Assembly: GCF_000372725.1 (NCBI RefSeq)
Contig: NW_005202427.1
Location: 1,214,459 to 1,278,458, forward strand
From: Emiliania huxleyi CCMP1516
Taxonomy: Eukaryota
DNA: 64,000 bases
Direction of reading: 5' to 3'
Under the pieces are notes generated by a model that worked only from the letters and a program-made list of their open reading frames with translations, had not been told where the DNA came from and made no database searches. The position numbers and the translations under genes were made by a program. Shown here one piece after another: positions 58,943-64,000 of this stretch (within the stretch, counting starts at the first letter, position 1; the number at the start of each line of letters is the position of its first letter).

Positions 58943-59930
58943 ATGCTCGCCCTGCTTCTCGCCCCGGTGCGCCAGTGCAACCATCAGCGGATCAGCGTCA
59001 GCCAGACCCGCGTTACCTCCCTCAGCTCGAGAGCTCTGCCGCACGCTGGGTGCAGCTTGTCCTTTGCAGGTCCCGCGTTTTCGCCCGTGCTGCCCACTGC
59101 ACGGCTCGGCAGCACTGCTGTGAGGCCTCACTGTGCTGTCGTGGCGAGTTCTGGGGCCATGATAGGGTCACAGTGCGGCCCGGTTGTGGATGCAGCCCCG
59201 GTCGTGTTTCGTATGAACTTCGCAGAACGCGTCTAGCCATAAGGCGGACGTGGGCGCCCGCACGACCGCAGTGCAGCTCGTCAACAGCCACAACGGTCGT
59301 CAGCTGTCTGCCGGCGCCGACAGCGTGAATAACACCATCCGCGTGAATGCTACGCGGGCTGCACGTGCGCGTTTGCGGGCCTGTGCCGACAACGTCTCGC
59401 TCCTCTTCTATAGCGACGAATGGGTCAAGGGCGGGCCCGTGCCGGACAACGACGCGCGGCTGGTCGCGCTGCTCAATCAGATGAACAATAGCAAATGCGT
59501 CGTGCCGCCGCCCTTTGGCAAACTAAAGGCGTTCAAGCTCTCGGAATCACTCGCCAAACGGCACCGCAGCGGTGCGATCGTCGACGTATTTCGGATCGCC
59601 ATGGAGGACCACAGCGCCAGGGCGGTGACTACATCCAACGTACATCACACCGACTCGTTGGTCGATAAGCCGGCGCCAAAGGAAAGATCAAAGGCGTTCA
59701 AGTTGCCGTCGGCAGGCTTCTACGCTGTCCACGCGGCGCTTTTGCTCTGCAGCTCGGTGTCGCTCTTTGGCTTTCAGGACAGCCCCCAAAAGACCTTTCA
59801 CTACTGGGGCAACCAATCAGCACTCGACGCCTCCGGCAGCAGACGCTTCCACAACTTTGAAGCCGAGCACGAGTACTATCAGCGCAGGCTGAAGGACAGC
59901 GCGCGCGTGTGTGTCGCACAGGGTTCGTGA
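58943..59930 (+). pseudogene. GT29 sialyltransferase with a 1-nt frameshift in sialylmotif L
   Basis: CAVVASSG...G..VDAAPVVFRMN / HKADVGARTT (L), PSAGFYAVHAALLLCSSVSLFGF (S), FHYW (III), HNFEAE (VS). Frames are offset at gtctagccataag (~59231-59243). Confidence 0.75.
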
Positions 59931-60187
59931 TTTCACATGGAAACAGCGAATCGATTTCACTTTCACTTTCACTTCACATTTCATGTGAAACGAAATTTCA
60001 CTTTTCCGCGAGCGAGTGCCGAGTGTGAACGTGAATAAGGACGGATGCTCCCACCGAGTTCCGACACTCTGACACTCACTTCACACTGGCGTGCTGTGGG
60101 CGAATACGGTGCCGATGGTGGGATGAACTCTCTCAGCAGGCGAGTATTGGGAGTATTTGCAGTCGAGAGTATCATTCTCGACGCATT

Positions 60188-60643
60188 GGGAGGGCGGCCG
60201 CGGCGGTGTAGCTGTAGGGGCGGCGGCGAGCTCCCGGTGGCAAATACTCGCCTCACAGTCCAAGATGGCGGCTCGCGCCCCCGGCCGTGCTCTGGCGTGC
60301 CTCTCTAGTCCCGCCTGCCACCCAGATACCGAGGGCGGGGCGCACTCTTCGACTTGGGCTATTATCTGGCCTCGGGAGGGCGGCCGCGGCGGTGTAGGGG
60401 CGGCGGCGAGCTCCCGGTGGCAAATACTCGCCTCACAGTCCAAGATGGCGGCTCGCGCCCCCGGCCGTGCTCTGGCGTGCCTCTCTAGTCCCGCCTGCCA
60501 CCCAGATACCGAGGGCGGGGCGCACTCTTCGACTTGGGCTATTATCTGGCCTCGGGAGGGCGGCGGCGGCGGTGTAGGGGCGGCGGCGAGCTCCCGGTGG
60601 CAAATACTCGCCTCACAGTCCAAGATGGCGGCTCGCGCCCCCG
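60188..60643. repeat. 180-bp tandem repeat, ~2.5 copies
   Basis: caaatactcgcctcacagtccaagatggcggc at 60241, 60421 and 60601; copies nearly identical. Confidence 0.95.
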
Positions 60644-61282
60644 ATTTTTTTTTGCCCAAATCACCCCGTTTTTGCCCATTTTCGGTCACCCGTCAAAATA
60701 TCTGAAGATCTGACCGGGGGATTCTCCCCAAACCTTGCTCAGCTGATCCAGCACGGGCCGTAGGCCAGCCCTGGGCAAAGAAACCAGTACCTCATCGGGC
60801 TTCCCTGAGCGTCACAGCTCGGTGATCGCGCCGGCCGGACACCACTGTAACGTCCGTTCCGGGCGTTTGAACGCGACCTTCGGGGGCAAAGACATGGGCT
60901 CTATGGCTCAGACTGGACTCCTCTTGGTCCCTTCTGATGCCCTAGGCCACACCTGGGCCTTACCTGGGGTCGTAGGGGCCGGGCAGGGTTTGCCCCCCCC
61001 CAACTGGCCCGAAGAACCTTAATGCCCGCAACCCTGGCGAGGTACTCCCACGCCTCTCGGGGTTTTTGTCTGGCCGAGTCAACCTGCTGGGGCGAGCCTC
61101 GGCGAGACTGCGTCAGCTGTTCCCACAGCAGGCTGGAAGTACCTCGCGCGCCGCGTCACCCGGAGGCGTCACAGTACGGGTAGGCCAGCCACGCCAACGC
61201 CAAACGCGCATATCCAGCAGTGCCCCCTAGTCCCAGTCCGATCCTTCTCGCTCTCTCCTCCCTGTCCGAAGCGAAGCACTAC

Positions 61283-63509
61283 ATGATGCAGCCGGGCTTC
61301 GCGCGCGGCTGTGCCTCTGGCGCCGGGCTCGCCACGGCCTGCGCGCTCGTCCTGGCCTTCCTCGCGTGGCGACAGCTGCCCGCCCAGCCCGGCCAAACCG
61401 GCGGCTCGTGGGGCTCGAATGGCATCAGCGAATCGTCGTCGGGTGCACTCTTCCGCGCCGTAAAGGTGCGTTCGTACCAGGGTCCGCGGCGCTTCGCGGA
61501 CTGGCGGCCGAGGCCGGATGCCAAGAAGGGAGCGCCGTCAAAGGAGTGCAGGCAGTGGGCGGTGGTCACCTCGATCTTCCCGCCGACACAGACGGTGCGG
61601 CAGCTCGCCGCTCTACCATCGTGGTGCGTGGTCGTGGCGGGCGACAAGAAGGGCCCCGTCGAGTACAACCTCTCTGGCGTCCTCTACCTGACGCCAGCCA
61701 TGCAGGCAGCTTGGACCTCCTCCCTGCGGCTTGGATCTCCTCCCTGCGGCGCTGGCCTCGCTTCGCGCCCCCCGCTCCACGGCTCGCCCCGCGCACCGCT
61801 GCCCAGCCCGCCTTCTCTCGGCTTGGCAGGAGGCGCTCCCCTTCGAGTCCAAGGCGGAGCTGCGCTGGAACCACTTTGGCCGCAAGAACCTCGGCTTCCT
61901 CTATGCGATCCAGCACGGCGCCCGCTGGGTGTACGACACCGACGACGACAACGAGCTCCTCTTCCCGGGCCCGCGCGCGATCCCGATCCCGCCGCCCGAC
62001 GCGCTCGCCGACGAGGTGTACACGTCCGCGCGCCTCTACAACCTCTACCACCACCTCGCCGTCCTCCCGGGCAAGGCGCGCAGCCCACCACACACCGCCA
62101 CGCCCACACACCGCCACGCCACCACACACCGCCACGCCCACACGCCACCACACACCGCGCTCCACCATCACACCGCACGCCACCATCGCACCACCGCTGC
62201 ACCCAGCCGCCTGCACCCCGGATCCCCGCCGCCCCCCCCCCCGAGCCCGGCGCGCCTCTAACGCCCGAGATTACCCGAGATTACCCGAGATTACCCGAGC
62301 CCGGCGCGCCTCTAACGCCCGGCCCTCGAGCCCGGCCCACCCGCGTCGCAGGCGCACCTCCCCTGGCGCACCTGGCCGCGCGGCTTCCCGCTCGAGTCCA
62401 TCAAGGACAACGCAACCACGTCCGCCGCCTTCCGCCGGCGCGCCCGGCCCTCGCGCCACATCCAAACCCTGGCCCTGACTCTTACCCTGCCCTGGCCAGA
62501 ACACCCTAGGCGCGCCTGGCCCTCGCGCCGCATCGGCGTCTTCCAGTCCCTCGCGAACCACGACCCCGACGTGGACGGAATCTACCGGCTCACCCAGGAC
62601 CTGCCCCTCTCCTTCAAGCCCTCCCTCGCCGGCACCGGAACCTCGTCCGCAGCGCTCGCAGGCCGGCCCCTCCCCTCTCCGTGGAGGCCCGGCGAGGCGG
62701 CGCCCGAGGCGGCGCGGCCTCCGCGCACCGGCCCCGCGCCGAGCCGGCAAGGCTCTGGCCGCTCGCTGGCCGAGCAGGGCGGGGGCGGCGGGCAGGGCGC
62801 GGTGGCGGCGGCCAGCAGGGGCGGTCGGCGGCTGAGCGGCGCGGAGGGGCGCGCCGCGCCGCCTCCGCTCCACAGTGCCGCCGCCGCCGCTGGCGGCGGC
62901 GGCGGCGGCGCGGCGCATGCGGCGAGGCCATCTGCAGCGCGGGCGGGCGGCGGCGCCTCCTCGCGCGCTATCACTCTGCGCGAGGGCAGCATGATGCCGT
63001 ACAACGCCCAGGCGACGCTGCACGCGCAGCGCGCCCTCTGGTCGCTCCTGCTCCCGTGCTCCGTGCACGGGCGGGTGACCGACATCTGGCGCGCCTACTT
63101 CGCGCAGCGGCTGCTCTGGGACGTCGGGCTGCGGCTCGCCTTCTCGCCGCCGTGGGTGGTCCAGTTCCGCAACGCGCACAACTACCTCGCCGACTTCAAC
63201 TCGGAGGTGCCTCTCTATCAGCAGGCGGGCGCGCTGGTCGGGGCGCTGCTCCGCTGGCAGCCGGCGGCGAGGACGCTGCCCGGCCGCTTCGAGGAGCTCT
63301 ACGTCCACATGTACGAGCTCGGCATCGTCGGCCTCTCCGACGTGCGGCTGGCCCAGGCTTGGCTCGCCGACCTCGACCGCATCGGCTACCCCTTCCCGCC
63401 GATCCTCGACCGGCCTCCGCGGGCGGTCAAGCCGGCGAGGAGCGGCGGGGTGCGAGAGAGGCATGGAGAGAGGAGGGCCGCGACGAGTGGCGCCGGCCAG
63501 GCTACGTAG
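61283..63509 (+). CDS. STELLO-like (DUF288) Golgi glycosyltransferase, multi-exon
   Basis: N-terminal TM; WAVVTSIFPPT, WCVVVAGDKKGP, WNHFGRKNLGFLYAIQHGARWVYDTDDDN, WPRGFPLE, QSLANHDPDVDGIYRLT, PYNAQAT, RVTDIWR.YFAQRLLW, QFRNAHNYLADF..E. Confidence 0.93.
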
Positions 63510-63733
63510 AGACTAGAGTCCAAAACGTGAGGAGCCGCCGAGGTCCTGAGCGCTGAGGAGGGCGCAGAGAGGAGTTTTTGTCCGGCGCGTGGTCTCTCTC
63601 ATAAATGATTCTAGGGGACTCTTCTCTTCAGTCCACGACGAGCCTCTCTCGGACTCGGTCGCCTCGACCGTGTTCACACGCACATCATGCGCTTGGTGGG
63701 CCGCGGCGGCCGGGGCGGCGCAGCCGCAGGAGG

Positions 63734-64000
63734 TTACCTCGTGCCCCGCAAGGTGAGATCATACGTCCGTCGCTTCCGAGGGTCCGAGAGCACCGCGTGC
63801 GCCTCCTGGAGTCGCTTGAACGACTCCTCTGCCAGCGCCTCGCCATTCTTGTCGGGGTGGAGCTTACGTGCTAGCTTTCGGAACGCCTTTCGGACCTCCT
63901 CCTCGCTCGCCGTGCGCGGCAGCGAGAGCACCGTGTAGTGTGTCTCCGCGCGCAGCACTGCTCTCATCAGCTGAGCCAGCTGCGTGTCCTCTGGCGTCTG
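63734..64000 (-). CDS. DnaJ-domain protein, 5'-partial
   Basis: HYTVL...ASEEEVRKAFRKLARKLHPDKN...FKRLQEAHAVLSDPRKRRTYD. Confidence 0.9.
   Translation of the reverse strand, partial: QTPEDTQLAQLMRAVLRAETHYTVLSLPRTASEEEVRKAFRKLARKLHPDKNGEALAEESFKRLQEAHAVLSDPRKRRTYDLTLRGTR

Noticed and set aside
60260..60272. YY1-consensus CAAGATGGCGGC in the 180-bp repeat
   Set aside because: No support for function here; likely coincidental.
1..63509. Glycosyltransferase gene cluster (GT48, 2x GT29, GT47, STELLO)
   Set aside because: The genes are dispersed among unrelated housekeeping genes; there is no evidence of co-regulation without a background rate.

Overview
GC-rich eukaryotic draft-genome DNA with three 100-N gaps. 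It has many short introns, mostly with GC donors, 10-11-bp intronic repeats and TTAGGG tracts, which best fits a haptophyte such as Emiliania/Gephyrocapsa huxleyi (inference). About 25 protein-coding genes are recognisable: a GT48 beta-1,3-glucan synthase (partial), a PAS/LOV-like membrane protein, WDR12, an ATPase-domain-only Hsp70, COQ2, CRAL-TRIO, Mpv17, F-box/RCC1, a CS-ZZ-CS protein, two GT29 sialyltransferase-like genes, an EF-hand protein, a 2OG-Fe(II) oxygenase, USP14, an EGF+GT47 exostosin, TMEM256, eRF1, NSE2/MMS21, a SET protein, a multi-AP2/Tudor/PWWP protein, a STELLO-like GT and a DnaJ (partial). Fragments of at least two non-LTR retroelement families are piled in intergenic regions near gene starts. 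The most striking pattern recurs at about 20 loci: a 9-40-bp direct duplication of gene sequence separated by a linker from a small set of simple repeats (GGAACCTTCTA, CCCTAA/CCCTGA, ATTAAT, GAGATTACCC, GTAGCTTA). In at least 12 cases the first copy begins with a GC/GT donor and the linker ends in AG, making an approximately 60-75-nt intron that restores the conserved protein exactly. This is a candidate intron-generating repeat-insertion system. Exon boundaries were read by eye and are approximate.
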